This document shows, piece by piece, positions 1 through 15,100 of a stretch of DNA of 64,000 nt; the stretch's first letter is position 1; each line of letters begins with the position of its first letter. Location of the stretch: assembly GCA_040954595.2 (NCBI GenBank), contig CM082587.2, forward strand, positions 7,305,705 to 7,369,704. Direction: 5' to 3'. Position numbers and translations under genes: made by a program. The DNA is from Balanoglossus misakiensis. Lineage: Eukaryota; Animalia; Hemichordata. The notes beneath the pieces were generated by a model that saw only the letters and a program-made list of their open reading frames with translations, was not told the DNA's origin and did no database searches.

Positions 1-145
1 ATGAAGTCAGATATGATAGTGTTAATTTGGTGCTTGCCATTGACTTTTTATTTCAGTCTACATATTGCTTACACAAATATTTAAAATGATGGAAAAAATC
101 TGTCAGATATTAATTTGGTTCTTGGAATTTACTTTTTTTTTTCAG

Positions 146-3100
146 TCCACACTGTCAACTACTGCCTTTGGCATTGGTGCCAAGTACTTCTCATTGTATG
201 AAGAGCAAGGAGTCGGAATGCAGTGGCATAACTTCAATAAGAGCCCACTGGAAGAGGATAAATATAACTTATTCCATGTCATAATGATTATGCTGGGAGA
301 TGCGATCATGTACGGTGTCTTGACCTGGTATATTGAGGCTGTCCATCCAGGTGTGTATTCCGTATGTGACAATTTACCTTGGATGGGAAAAAAAGCTCAA
401 AACGAAATTAATCATGTTTACACTGTATATAGAGGGGATATGGCCTGAAAGGGTTGATGTTGTATGCATCTTGTGGATGGAAACCTTGAACTTTTGAATA
501 TTCATTGTTTGATGAGATTTGACATCAAAATTTGTAAAAAAAAGTTAAAGTAAGAAGCAGTTCTCTTTAACCCATTGACAACCATGGTTCAGTCCAAATG
601 CATTGTTTTCTATGGTAAGGTTGGACCTCTAAACAGGGAACTGGGAGAGGGGGGGGGGGAAAGGGTAAAGTTGAATGGCTTTCTTTCAACCGTTGTCCAA
701 ACAGCAAAATCATAATTACATTGTGTGTATAGCTTGTTGCCATCTTTTTGACTCCTGTAGGTTCATATGGCTTACCCCGGCCGTGGTATTTCCCCTTCCA
801 AAAATCGTACTGGTTCGGTCACGGCACTACAGAGAGTACACAGATGTCATTGACGACGTGCTTCAGGCGCGGAACCTACACGCCGTTGTCAGTGATGGAG
901 GAAGACCAGGCCTGTGCTATGGCTGCTGCATCACAAGGTGTGTGGTCGGTATTATTTTCTGACTGTCTAACACTTAAAGGGTGACGATCGTCTTGTGCCA
1001 GACCAGAGACTCTGGTTACAAAAGTTGTATACAGTCAAAGGCAGTGTTCTGTGCTTAACAACAGACAAGATGTTGCTGCTATAATAAAGTGTGTCTGAAT
1101 TCATTGCTTTTGATATTATTTTCTGAGAAATTAAACATTTTTGCTGATGGCAGTTGAAGTCAAATTCTTTGTACTTTAATCCCCATGGCAACTTATGACT
1201 TCTGAGCTGGATTCAAACACTGCCTCACCATGCAGATGTTAAGATGTGACATTCATTTGGTTATGTTGAAGTGTTGGCAGATTGAAACTCTAACACGTTA
1301 TACTTATCCGTTAATCAGAGGAAGAAAATCGATACATTGAAGAAGAACCAATCCACCTTCCGCTTGGAGTCTGCATTGATGGCCTTGTCAAGGTTAGTTT
1401 TCCTGAGATTTCATCAAGTAGAAATTTCATTCTTCTGAAAACCAGTGCTGTAGGAAGCAGAACTTACCAGAACTAACCCGGTTGATTGCAATGCGCTCTT
1501 TGTATGTCACTTCGGAGCTGGAAATTTCAATAGAAAATTATTAGTATTTCTAACATATTTTGCATCATAACCTATCAAAGAGTGTTTATGTCATATTTAT
1601 TTTGATTCAAGAATCAGTTGAGATCGGATCTTCATTGGATCTTGACAAAAAATTGCTTTTTGTCTCAATTTATGGTACTGTAATAAATGGTTGACTACAT
1701 GTACCGGTTAATGTCTATAGGGGTATTTTCTTGTCTGTTTAATTTGTACTCTTCAATCTATATTTTCATGATTTTATTTCTCAAGGTGTACAAGAACAAT
1801 AACAAGCCGGCAGTGAACAAGCTGAGTTTGAATTTCTACGAAGGACAGATCACGTCCTTTTTAGGACATAATGGTGCCGGGAAAACCACAACACTGTAAG
1901 TCTCATCAAGTGGGAACTTTGATTCATGGACTGGAATTGGTTGAACGTGAAAATGCACAAAGTTCAAGTTGTGAATTTTTGTATACCATCATCTCTAATT
2001 TACATATGCCCATATATGACTAAGAGAGTGTGCTCACAGTCTTCTTATGACCGTGTGGTGGCACATTGTAAATCACATGGCCATCCATGTGAAAGTCTGT
2101 GATTGGCAAGATCTTTACTGTACTTTCCATGGGTAACTTCCTAAAAAGGGGACTGTGTCCCTTAAACATTGCCATCCCCGAATTTCAAGATTTGAGTCAA
2201 TCCACATCACTATGATTTTGCCAGAGTGTGCTTTTATACTGTTCTGGTCGAATTTCTACTCAAATTGGTATACTTCCATTTTTCTGTTGCTTAGGTCTAT
2301 TCTGACTGGTTTGATTCCACCCACTGCTGGTACTGCAGTCATATGTGGACACGACATCAGGACGGACATGTTGCAGATCAGGCAGAGCTTGGGAATGTGT
2401 CCACAGCACAATGCATTGTTTGACAAGTGAGTAGTCAGCCATAAACAGCTAGCAGAGACATCAGAAATCGTTCGCACTTGGATCAATTTGTAAAATACTG
2501 TTGGCTGTAATGTTTACAGATCATTGTTATTATGGCTATGAGCTGTTGTGTCTTCTATAATGGAATCTCCGTCACGCCATGACATTTAAAGTGAAGCGTT
2601 GTATGATTAGTGCCATGTTAAATTCAATGAAATCAAAATCCAGGAATTGATTTGAAATGTCTTTAAAACGAGCCTGAATGTCTCTCGTCACTTACTTCAC
2701 AGATTGACAGTTGAAGAGCACATTTGGTTTTATGCCAGCTTGAAAGAATCATCTTCGACAGATATCTGTAAAGAAATGGATGTGTAAGTTCCCCATTTTG
2801 TGAGATATTCTTTTCCACATTTGGTTAATGTCCAATTTCTGGCTGCAGTCATAGATACTTGAGTGATGAGTTCAGGTGACTAATATCGGCAAATTATTAT
2901 TTAATAAAAATTCACTTAACCATTAACAGTGTTTATTATTATTACATGTATTATGAAATTTTAAAACTTGTTTGAAATAGCATTGGACAGTGTTATGAAA
3001 GTTTAATGTAAATGTTTAATGTAAAATATTTATTTTACCTATACTCCATGACAGACTTATCAAAGATATTGGACTACTTAACAAAAGAAACAGTCAGGTG

Positions 3101-6100
3101 GACACGCTTTCTGGGGGAATGCAGCGTAAATTATCAGTGGCCATTGCCTTTGTGGGTGGCTCTCGTATGGTTATACTGGACGAACCCACGGCTGGTGTGG
3201 ATCCTTATGCTAGAAGAGCTATATGGGATCTGCTTCTCAAGTATAAACATGGTAAGATTTGGTAGATGGTCCTTGTGTTGTGTAGATTGGTGTTGTGTGG
3301 TGTGGTGTGGTGTGATGTGATGTAATACTGTAAAACACTTTATTTTCGCGAGTTAAAATTTTCGCGATATCGAGAGAGGCCACTGTTTCGCGAGTATTAA
3401 TTTTCGCGTTCTCTTATTTCATTCACTGCATCGTTATCTTCAAAATAATTTACGCGACTTTTTATTTTCACGCTATTTTGGCTCTCGCGTATTTCGCGAA
3501 AATTTATTGCTCGCGAAAATAACATGTTTTACAGTAGGGAAGGAACTGTAAAAGTATGATTAGTTTTGACCATCATTCATACTTCATACATTGAGACGTA
3601 CATCTGATGGACTCTGACTTTCGATGTCTACTTGACAGGTCGAACCATCATCTTGTCCACCCATCACATGGACGAGGCAGACATGCTGGGAGACAGAATA
3701 GCAATCATCGCCAACGGACAACTGAAATGTTGTGGATCACCGCTCTTTCTGAAAAGTACTTACGGAGAAGGCTACAAACTTACCCTTGTGAAGAAACCCA
3801 CCGATAATGGCTACGACAGTACGAGCATGGAGAATCTCGTTGGTGAGTTTCACACGAAATCATGATACTCTGTCTCTCCTGGTTGGAACTAAGGGACCTG
3901 TAAGATCAGTATTTGGGAATATTGGAACCATGGTAACAATTCTGTTGGTTGCCCGTGGCTGCATTGATATTATTTTAGTGCACAATGACATTGTTTAAGA
4001 GGTAGCAAAAAAAAACATATGTACAGTTTACAAAGAAATGAATTCATTTAATTCTTACGTGTACAGATTTCAGTGATCAAGACGACGATGGCTCTAACAG
4101 ACAATGGCCAGGCCACACAGAAAATCGACAGACGACTTCAACAGTCGACTGCAGGGAGAAACTGACCCGCTTCATACAGAAACACATTGCCGGGGCCATG
4201 TTGGACTCCGAGAACCAACACGAGCTGTCTTACATACTGCCGAGCGAGGCCGCCAAGAAGGGGTGCTTTGAGAAGTTGTTCGAGCAGCTGAATGAGCAGA
4301 TGGGGGAGCTGGGAGTGTCCAGCTATGGACTGATGGACACTGCTTTGGAAGAAGTCTTTTTGAAAGTCACTCAGTCACACGCACAGATTGATCCAGGTAT
4401 TAAGGAGATGCAATATACATGTACTATCTGTTTGATACAAGCAGTTTTTAATGGTCAAACGTTTTCATGTCTAGATACATGTAGTGACAAACATTAGCAT
4501 TATAAACCCTTGCATGCTGACCCCTCATGACCTCATTCTAAAGTTTTTTTCTTAGTTGGGTTCATAGGATTAAAGGGGACTTTAGCTGGCAGACTGTGGC
4601 AGAGAAAGTTCAGTACACACAGTAATTATTAGAATGTCTGTCACCAAAAAGGTAATGCACCATTAGCTGTAACTTTTGGATCACTCACTTCGTTTGTGAA
4701 TTTCAGACCTAATGAGTTTGGAACAGAAAGAGTCTGGGACTAAACCGGAAGACGGATCCAACGCACTGCCATCGGAATACGACATGTCACCCCCAACATC
4801 GCCACCACCAGCAGGGAGAGCAGAGTCGCCGCTGCTAAACTTCAACGCAGCAAGTCCCCCCACCCCGCCCAGGGGTGAGAGTTCACAGTCCCCTCCGAGG
4901 GGTCCAAGTTCACTGTCGCCACCACCGCCTCCCAGGGAAGTGGAGCTGTCCCACGTGTCGGAAGGACTGGGGACCTCGTCCTCGGAGTCGGACGTGTCGT
5001 TGCACGAAGTGTACAGCCGACAACAGGGTGAAATTGAACCGTTGCTGGGCAGCAGTGATTCCGACACAGATGGTAATATCTTAGCTCAAGAGAACTGACT
5101 TTTTATTTGCCAATCTGGTGTTTCTTGTTCTCATTTTTACCACCATTGACACCACATAATGCAAATAATGTCATACGTCTTCACTCCCGACTTGAAAATA
5201 AAATGTGGAGTGCTTCTGGAAAAACCTGGAATTTGAAACCAGTCCTGAAAAATTGAAATTTAGTCCTGAAATGACCTGTAAAATGGATATTTCTGTCTTG
5301 TATAAATTTCAGTATGGTATAAACTCAAAATGTACCAGTCTGTTTGTGATAGATGATGGAAATCCGGTAATGAGAATTATGTGATAGATATACTCATTAC
5401 TGGATGTTGTCTATAAGTAATTATTTTTGGTCATATATTACCAGGTACTGACAGGCCGACATTGCATGGATTTGAAGGTACCGGCAGCTACACCGTGACT
5501 GGTCTGCCACTCCGAATGGGTCAGTTCACCAGTCTGCTGCTGAAACGATTCCACCACGCCAAGCGCAACTGGAAAGGCCTCTTCTCCCAGCTCTTCCTGC
5601 CGGCCCTCTTCATCTGCATCGCCATGACCGTGGCGCTGCTGGCTCCGCAGATCGGCAACCTGCCGCCGCTGGTGCTCACCCCGACGCAGTACCACTACCT
5701 GGAGTACCCGCGGGGCAACTTCATCCCGTACGCCGACGAGGCCCGCTACGGCCGCGACTACATCGTGTACCAGTCCCCGGACGGCGACGCGGGGCCGGCC
5801 AGGCTGACCTCGACCCTGAACTACCCGGCCGGGGTCGGGGCGACCTGCATCCTGCGCGACCCCTTCAACAAGACCGCCCTGAGCCGAGACTTTGAGGAGC
5901 TGAACTACACGCTGTCGCACGACATGATCGCCAAATACTTCGACGACATGTGCTTGCAGTCCATCCGGCTCAACAAGGTGTTCCCGCACCTTGTTCCCAA
6001 ATCCAGTGTCTTCGCGTCGGAGATGCAGCACCACGCCCAGCAACCCTACCCGGATGACGAAGTGCTGGACTACATACAAGATGATTATGGAGGTACAAAC

Positions 6101-9100
6101 TTATCTACTGTGTATTTTTGCGTGAAATTGTGCATAATTTGACATTATTATACATCTATAAGTGCCGAGAACAATAGATTTTGGCGTGCAATAAAAAGCC
6201 GTACGGAACGGTACGTACGGAACGCGCGTTAAATAAGTTTTAGGTTTCAAGGCGCCCCAACTCACCTTGTACAGGTATGCGTTGTTATGCGGACGGTTTC
6301 AAGGTGCCCCCACTCCAACGCACGTGCGCACACGTAAACAAAAAACAAAGATGGCTGCTCACTGAGTCAACTGAGCGGTTTTCGATCGATTGTATCGGCA
6401 TTTTTGGCATTTTGAAAGCCAAGTAACATGCAACACAAGAACTAACGGAGATGTAAGATGTATAATAATAAGGTTATTACGAAAATACCGCAAAGTATGC
6501 ACTCGGACATTAGCGCAGCGCATTGCCCTCCGCTGCGCGTTGGGCGATACTTGGCGCTAATGTCCTCGTGCATACTTTGCGGTATTTTCGTAATAACCTC
6601 ATATTCTCACATCCTTCATGTATGAGGCTGTTTAATGCAACTTGGGTCACAACTCTTACCCCCCCCCCCCCCAAAAAAAAAACAACAAAAAAAAAAACAT
6701 GGTACATCCCGTTGCTTTAAATAACATGGTTGAATCCATAATCTGAGATATTGGGGTCAAAGTAGCTAGAAAGTGGTTAGAAACACACAATTTTAATTTT
6801 CTTGCCATATTTACTTGTATTGATCTAATTAATAATGATGGTAGCTTGGTAGAAGAATTTATCTCCCCCAGGGTCGTCAGTAGTCCGATAATACAATTCC
6901 TTTTAATCAAAACACACACACCTGAAACAATGAGAAAGTGCCTTGTTCAACGACACAACATCAGGGCCATGATCGAAGTCACCATCCTCTGAGGCCAAGT
7001 CTGGATCTCAAACTCACAACCTTCCAAATTGTGTGTCTATGTACCCCTCACCACTAGGCCATGTACTATGCCTCTCATTGTCAATGCTTATTTTCAATCT
7101 CGCATCTCTCGCAGAACTGCCATCGCCCAACAGCACGTACCACATCAAAGAGGTACCCTGTGAGTGTGCCAAGAATGGACACGGTTTTATTTGTCCAGAC
7201 AATGTGGGCGACCCGTTGCCTCCCAATCACCGAGTGGTGACTGGCGACACTCTCTTAGATGTCAGTGGTAGAAATGTCTCCGAGTATCTGCTCTACACTA
7301 CCGATAATTACAGACTCAATAGGTTGGTGGAGATTTACATCTGCTTTTATGGGAACATTAAAGGTCCATTAGCTGTAATTTTTGGGGTAGTTTAATTTTC
7401 ACAATTTCTGTTCTACATGTACATGTACTTTATACATATTCTTGTTTTTACTCCCCATATTATTAAGCCTACTATCCTGCTAATGGATTCCAGTCTGGAC
7501 CTGAATTCACTTTTGAACAATTTACAGTGCTTGTTACTACAAAGGGGCTGTGTTGAAAAACAAAATACTAAGCAACTAGTTATGTTTTATAGTAGTAGCA
7601 CAAGAAACCTCATGCAGATGATCTTAAAACCAAGATCCTGAAAAAGTGCATACGGTTGGAGTTACTGGACTCGATTCAAATTTAGCTGTAGTGCTTGCAG
7701 GGTTTAAAATTCTAGATTTGTTCCAATCATTGCTAATATTATAAAGCAAGCAAGCCCAAAGTGATCGTGTCCCGATCTGATAAAAGCATTTGTGGAGGAT
7801 CTCCAAGTATTGAAAATTTGGTAATTGGATCTTTCCTAATGTACAGGTATGGAGCTCTGACATTTGGCAATGTACGCCCGTATGTGCCGCCGGACTTTGG
7901 TTCTCTTGTGCCTGTCATCTACCGGAAACTGGCTGTGAGAAATGTCGCAATGGTGAGTCATGTGATTTTGTCTGGGTTTTTTTTTTAGTCACTTCTGGAA
8001 GCTATAACTGTGGAACTAAGAGTAGTCCGAACAGAAAATAGGATTGAACCGTTTACTCCAGGTTTGGCAGTAAATCCCTAAACATTGTCAAAGCGTGACC
8101 GGTTGTGAAGAAATTATGTAAATAGGAGATGTAGAAAAAATTTTGAGGCTATAAAGATATATTTCAAAGATAGTCATTCTAAAGCTGGTCTCTAATCATA
8201 CGCCCAGACTCACGCAAACGGTCTTTCAGTTAAAAATATAGAATTACATGTATCATGTACCCCACCGCATGATCTGTATGAGGTACTCCAGATATGGTTG
8301 TTATTAAGTTTTTAACATAAAGGAAATCCCTTAATAATTTTTCTGTATATTTATGCTTTTTGAAAAGATATTAAAACCTTTTTGTGTACATGTATTTCAT
8401 AAAAAGGTTTCTCTTATAAATTCATAGGAGATAATTACATGGATTTGTTTGCTTTGTTTAGGCTTGGTACAACAACAAGGGATTTCACAGCATGCCGACT
8501 TTCCTTAATACTTTGAATAATGCCATACTGAGAGCTAATCTGGACCCCCGTATCCATGGCAACCCATCAGCCTATGGAATCACAGCCATCAACCATCCGA
8601 TGAACGAAACAGACTCCAGCTTGTCGGCTGAATACATGTAAGTAGTGCTTTGACAAAGAGCTTCCATCCTGAAGATTTATGTCTCTACAGAATATGATAG
8701 ACAGCAGTTCGTTATGGTTTATCCGAAGCTGCTCCAATGGGCTTGTATTTCATGGGATTCAAAATTGAATCTGGTTGTGATATTCATGTATTGAGGAGTC
8801 AACACACACACACACACAGACACATACAGAGAGACACAGACACATACATGTACATGTACACACATACATAGACCTACAGACACACATACCGGTACACAGA
8901 CACAGAGACACAAATGCACAGAAACAAACACATACACACACCAACATTTGGCCACAAACTGATTTGTGACAGCTTTGACAAAGGCAAGTGTTCACTCTGG
9001 AATGTTTATTATTCATTTTTGCATCTGCCTCCTGTATGTATTTCTACGTTCAGCATTTTCAAAATTATCGTTATGGAGATACATGTACTTCAATCTGCTC

Positions 9101-12100
9101 TTCATTTCAGACTGAAAAGTACAGACGTGGAGGTCGCCATCTTCATTATTGTTGCGCTGTCGTTTGTGCCAGCCAGTTTTGTGTTGTTCCTAGTTTCCGA
9201 GAGGGCTTCCAAGGCGAAACATCTACAGTTTGTCAGTGGTGTCAATCCTGTGGTCTACTGGGCATCCAATTACACGTGGGATATTGTGAGTATAGAGTGA
9301 CTAAGTAAACCTATATATCCCACAGAGGTGCAGCCACCAGTATTTTACCTTTCAGTAGTACATCATTCTGTACCTTTATATTTGTTGTATGTACAGTAAA
9401 ACCTGTCTAAGAAATTGTTTAGTTTGCAGAGGTGGCTGGTTCATAGAGGTTCCTTTAATATGTGGTTCTGTGTCAAAGGGACAGGAAAATCTGTTCCATA
9501 TAGACAGGATTCCAGATTAGACAGGGTTGGGTTTAGACAGGTTTTACTGTACATACAAATGTAGCTAACTTCCTTGGAGGTGCTGGAACTTAGTGCAGGA
9601 CGCAGGACTCCTCCTTGTTACTAGAAACAAAGCAATCTCTGCTTTTTAAGTCTCTCTGGCAACAGTTTATTTCATTTCAATCAAGAACACTGGACCACCC
9701 TGGTTAGGAAGACAACTTCCAACTGACTTCATAGGTCACCAAGGGGTCAGGGTTCAAAGGGTACATGCACAAATCTTTGAATTTTGAAAATAAATCATGA
9801 TTTTCTTTTCACAGTTAAATTACTTTGTACCAGCTACGTGTTGTATTGGTATCCTGTTGTTATTCGATGTGAGGGCGTACACTTCATCCACCAACATGCC
9901 GGCTGTTATTCTGCTGTTCTTGCTGTATGGGTGAGTATGACTATCTCAGTCAATACACCTTATTTTCTTTAATAGAAGACAAAACAAAGATGAGCTGTCT
10001 GAATTTTCAGTCTGAATGCCTTTAAAATTATCCTTGGAATCCAATTATGGTATCAAAACATGATCAAACTGATCCTTGAAAAATGTTGTTTTTGATGACT
10101 ATTATTGTTGCTTGTAATCTGAAAATGTGAAACAAATTCGTTTTTTTAGAAAAAGAAAAGATACTTGTTGTCAATTACAGAATCTGTCTATTTACAAGTT
10201 AAGTTAGAAATTGCAAATTTTTTATCCCAAACTCATAGTGAGTTGAAGGATATGACATGTTCATGTCCATTTTCCTGCCACAGCCAACCATAACCATTCC
10301 ATCCAGGTTATAATGGCTTCTTATTTGCATATTATTTGTTAACAGGTGGTCTTTTACCCCTATGATGTATCCAGCGTCCTTCTTCTTTGATGTTCCGAGC
10401 ACAGCCTATGTCTTTCTCATTGTCATCAATTTGTTTGTCGGGATTACGACAGTCATCGCTTCGTTCTTCGTGGAATCATTTGCCGATGATGCAGTAAGTT
10501 ACAGTTTGCCCTCCCCCCCAAACCCCCTCCACCCATTTTGTCTGATTAAAAGGAAAGAAATTGATCTGTCATGTACTTTTTTGTTCTGTAGGAATTGAAG
10601 AAAGTGGGCTCCATTCTGAATGATGTGTTTTTGATGTTTCCAAATTACTGTCTGGGTCGAGGTCTCATGGATATCGCCTACAATGATTACTTCAATGAAT
10701 ATTACTATAAGATTGGTACGTATTACAACTTTAGATAACATCAATGTTCAAATTATTTTTAGTCTGTTTTTAGTCTATTAAACAGTGGAAGAGGAATTGG
10801 TGGGTTTTTTTCCTGCCAAAGTGGACATCACGTAATCCATGACAAATGTCACATCTATAAAGTATTACTTCGGAATTATAAATGTTTTTGTCAAAAATGA
10901 TAAACGTGTCGTATGTTTTTGTGATTGCCAGGTGAGTTTGACAAGATGCATTCTCCGCTGGAATGGAGACTGACAGCCCGTATGTTGACCATCATGGCCA
11001 TTGAAGGATTAGCTTTCTTTTGTATCACGGTTCTCTGCGAATACAGATTCTTCTTGAAGCCCAGGTAAGGGCCGTTGAAAAACCTAGATGCAGGTGTTGA
11101 GTACTGTAAAACACTTTATTTTCGCGATATCGAGAGAGACCACTGTTTCGCGAGTATTAATTTTCGCGTTCTTTTATTTCATTCACTGCATCGTTATCTT
11201 CAAAAAAAATTTCGCTATTTACGTTCTTGCATATTTCGCGAATATTTATTGCTCGCGAAAATAAAGTGTTTTACAGTATATATTTGATGCTAAAAATTTT
11301 GTGAATCTTCTCAGTAACTGTTTTCTTTGTATCTAGTTAACAGTTATCTGGATAATTGATACAGTATGTTTCACATACTACTGAACTTTTAAGTCTTCAT
11401 CTGTACGGACTGCTTATCCTGATGTTAAAATATTTTGGCTCTTTAAAGTTGATGGAATAATTCAAAATAAATTCTCAAACATGCAGATATTACAATTGTC
11501 CAAGAATGTCTTGTCTATCTTAAAGTTTCCTTTCTGTCGGATAATGTTTAACAAAAGTGTAGTCACGAAGAATTTTATTTCCCTTTCCCTGGGAAAGCTA
11601 ATGGCAGAATTTCTTGTCGTTTTTTTGCAGGAAGACAATATTCAGCAAACTGCCGCTTGACGACGAGGACAGCGATGTTGCTAGGGAGCGACAGAGGGTG
11701 CTCCGAGGGGAGGCCAATAATGATTTATTAAGACTTGTTAATCTTACAAAGGTAGGGAGATTGGTGGCACAACTGGTCAATAATGAATTATTACCCCCTG
11801 GGGGCTGTGTACAGCCAGTGCCCAGAGGAGAGACTGATAATGATTTGTTATGACTTGTCAATTTGACTGACGTTAGAAATAGGACTACTGGTAGCATCAT
11901 ACTGGTCAATAATGAGTTATTACCCTTTAGGTCACGTGGGTGTGGTAGAGTGTGTTCAGAGCAGAGATTGATGCTGATTTATTATGAATACACACATGTA
12001 GCTATTAATCTTACAGAATATGAAAGAGTATAGTGTCCAGACTCTAGTGTCACACTAGTCAATAATAAGTTATTACCTATTGAGGTCACATGGGTGTGCC

Positions 12101-15100
12101 AAAGAGTGCTCGAAGGAGAGTGACTTTAATACTCAGATTTCCCAATCTAACAGATTGAAATAAAAACAGTGATATCATCAATAATGACTGCTCACCTACA
12201 AGGTCACCAACAAGTTCTGACCTTATTCCAGTAATATTCAGATGCCAAGAGGTCAATAATTATAATAAATTTAAAATTGCAAGTAGAGGCCTAAATTTAC
12301 CATAAAAAATAGTTCGACCGAAAAGAATCATTCTGTCCTGGGAACAAAATGGAGGGCTATATTAGACAGATCTGTCGTTGATTTTGTCAAATTTGAAAAT
12401 AGCGATTCCGATTTGATGTTTACTTTTATTCAATATACAGGTTTACAAGAACAAGAAAAAGGGTAGACATTTGGCTGTGGATAGGGTGTGTCTTGGAGTG
12501 TCCCAAGGAGAGGTAAAGTTTGGATTTCATACTTTATTTATAGATCATATCTGTAGGAATATGAGCAAGCAAAAATACAAATGTTTACATTTGTGATGTC
12601 AAATAAATATAAATAGACCACAAAAGCCAGAATCTACACCATTATGATATCCACTGAAGAAATTTTATTTGTACTCTTTCAGTTGACTCTTAGTCTTACT
12701 GCACTTATATATTGTCATTTGATTTGGCTGTTTCACACAGTGTTTTGGTTTACTGGGTGTAAATGGTGCTGGCAAGACAACGACATTTAAAATGTTGACA
12801 GGAGACGAACTCATCACCAGTGGAGATGCCTTCCTAAATGGACACAGGTATTGATTTTGGGGGATTATCAGATATACAAAATAGTGCACTTTTAGTAATA
12901 TTGTATACCAAGCTGTACATAAATGAATGAGTGAGTGAGTGAGTGAGTGAGTGAGTGAGTGAGTGAGTGAGTGAGTGAGTGAATGAATGAATGAATGAAT
13001 GAATGAATGAATGAATGAATGAACAAACGAACACACAAACTCGAGATTGAGATTGAACCTGTTATAAGAAAGCAATCCATAACACATGCAAATCTTCAAC
13101 TTGATACATTCGCTGGTCTTTACATGTACAGTGCTATAAAGTCAGCTAGCTTTGAAAATGGGTGCATCCTTGTGCAGATCGTGGAGCTCAGACATTTGGA
13201 CAACCTTCACCAAGTTCATAATTGTATGTGGAATTTCTATTTCTCCTCTATTACAGTATTTTAACAGATCTTCGTAAAGTCCATCAGAACATTGGTTATT
13301 GTCCGCAGTTTGATGCACTGTTTGATGAGTTGACAGCTCGTGAACATCTGCTTCTCTACGCTCGTCTCAGAGGTGTTCCATACCAAGAGGAAAATCAGGT
13401 CAGTGGGAATCGCAATATTGTAACAAGACTTTACTTGGCAGTCATCTCTGAGGCATAAACTTAACCCTTTCACCGTCAGTTCCCTGTGTAGAGGTCCAGT
13501 CCTTTACCATAGAAAACTATTGGTTTGAACCAAACAATGGTGGTGAAAGGTTTAAAGCACAGATAACCCCCCCCCCCCCCCCCCATTTATGAAATAAACA
13601 GACTGTACTCCATGTCACACTGCAGTGTGAATTGGAATCAAAGCAATGCGATTCAGACGTCTGGTTTTGTCGGCATTCTCTTGCAAACTCTATATTATTA
13701 CAAGGGAACGGAAAATGCATTAGGACACCTGCGATTTATACTTGACTATTTTTTTCCCCTGTGCATAATTCCAGGTTGTTGACTGGGCGCTGAACAAACT
13801 GGCCCTACTCAAGTATGCGGACAGACCGGCTGGCACGTACAGTGGTGGCAACAAGCGTAAACTATCGACGGCCATCGCACTGGTTGGACATCCGCCGGTG
13901 ATATTCATGGTGAGACTCACCTCATAGAAAGATTCGTCAAATTGAGGTTTTCTCTGTCACTGTTTGGATAGCGTCGTCAGTGTGGATCTGAAAAGAAATG
14001 ATTTTTATTTGGAAAATGTGAATGGAACAGCACTTTCAAATGACGTTCTGCTCCTGTGCTAGAACTCCTTCAGTCAGTGAGCAGGTATAGCAGTTTCATG
14101 AAAAGGTGACTTTAAGAGTTGCTTTTCTCACTCAAGCACAAAGGACATTGCAACATTGCATTGGTATTGATATACAAGGTGTTTTAAATGTTAAATTGAC
14201 TGTGTGATATCTTGCAGGATGAGCCAACCACCGGCATGGACCCTCATTCAAGACGTTTCCTCTGGGACTTGATATTGAATATCATCAAAGATGGCAGATC
14301 TGTAATATTGACATCGCACAGGTAAATGAATATCTTTGTATCTCACGTACTTCTGATATATACGTGTAGATCTAGGGCTACATATTAAACATTTACAAGG
14401 TCAGTAATAGCATTGGTTCATGATTAGTAATGATTGAGAAAAAGTAGAAGTGGATGACCCTGTTTGCAGACCTCACCAGGTGTTCAGACCACACAAACCA
14501 AATGATACCAGGTGGTCTGACCACACAAGTCATACCATAGTTAAGACCTCACCAGGTGTTCAGACCACACAAACCAAATGATACCAGGTGGTCTGACCAC
14601 ACAAGTCATACTCATAGTTAAGACCTCACCAGGTGTTCAGACCACACAAACCAAATGATACCAGGTGGTCTGACCACACAAGTCATACCCATAGTTAAGA
14701 CTTCACCAGGTGGTCAGACCACACAAACCAAATGATACCAGGTGGTCACAGACCACACAAGTCATACCCATAGTTTAGACTTCACCAGGTGGTCAGACCA
14801 AGCAAACCAAATGATACCAGGTGGTCTGACCACACAAGTCATACCCATAGTTAAGACCTCACCAGGTGGTCAGACCACACAAACCAAATGATACCAGGTG
14901 GTCTGACCACACAAGTCGTACCCATAGTTCAGACCTTACCAGGTGTGGTCAGACCACACAAACCCCTGTGCAAACCCCACACCGGTTTACATCACATAAA
15001 AACAGGCGTAAAGACCCCAGGAAAACTTCGTCGCTGTTGTAGTTCTGATACCACATGCACTATAATGAAACCAGCAGTGTTTGTGTCCAGACAACAAATT

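Noticed and set aside
5438-6079. 213-aa antisense ORF
   Set aside because: It mirrors the GC3-rich ABCA exon in register and has no recognisable motifs.
6471-6599. miRNA precursor interpretation of the long hairpins
   Set aside because: They are longer than animal pre-miRNAs, coupled to IR-bounded bodies, and one lies in a recent insertion; a mobile DNA origin fits better, though small RNA data were not available.
7358-7530. Possible TTAA-type (Kolobok-like) element fragments here and near 20660-20790 and 35455-35740
   Set aside because: Only one terminus is recognisable in each, so boundaries cannot be supported by eye.
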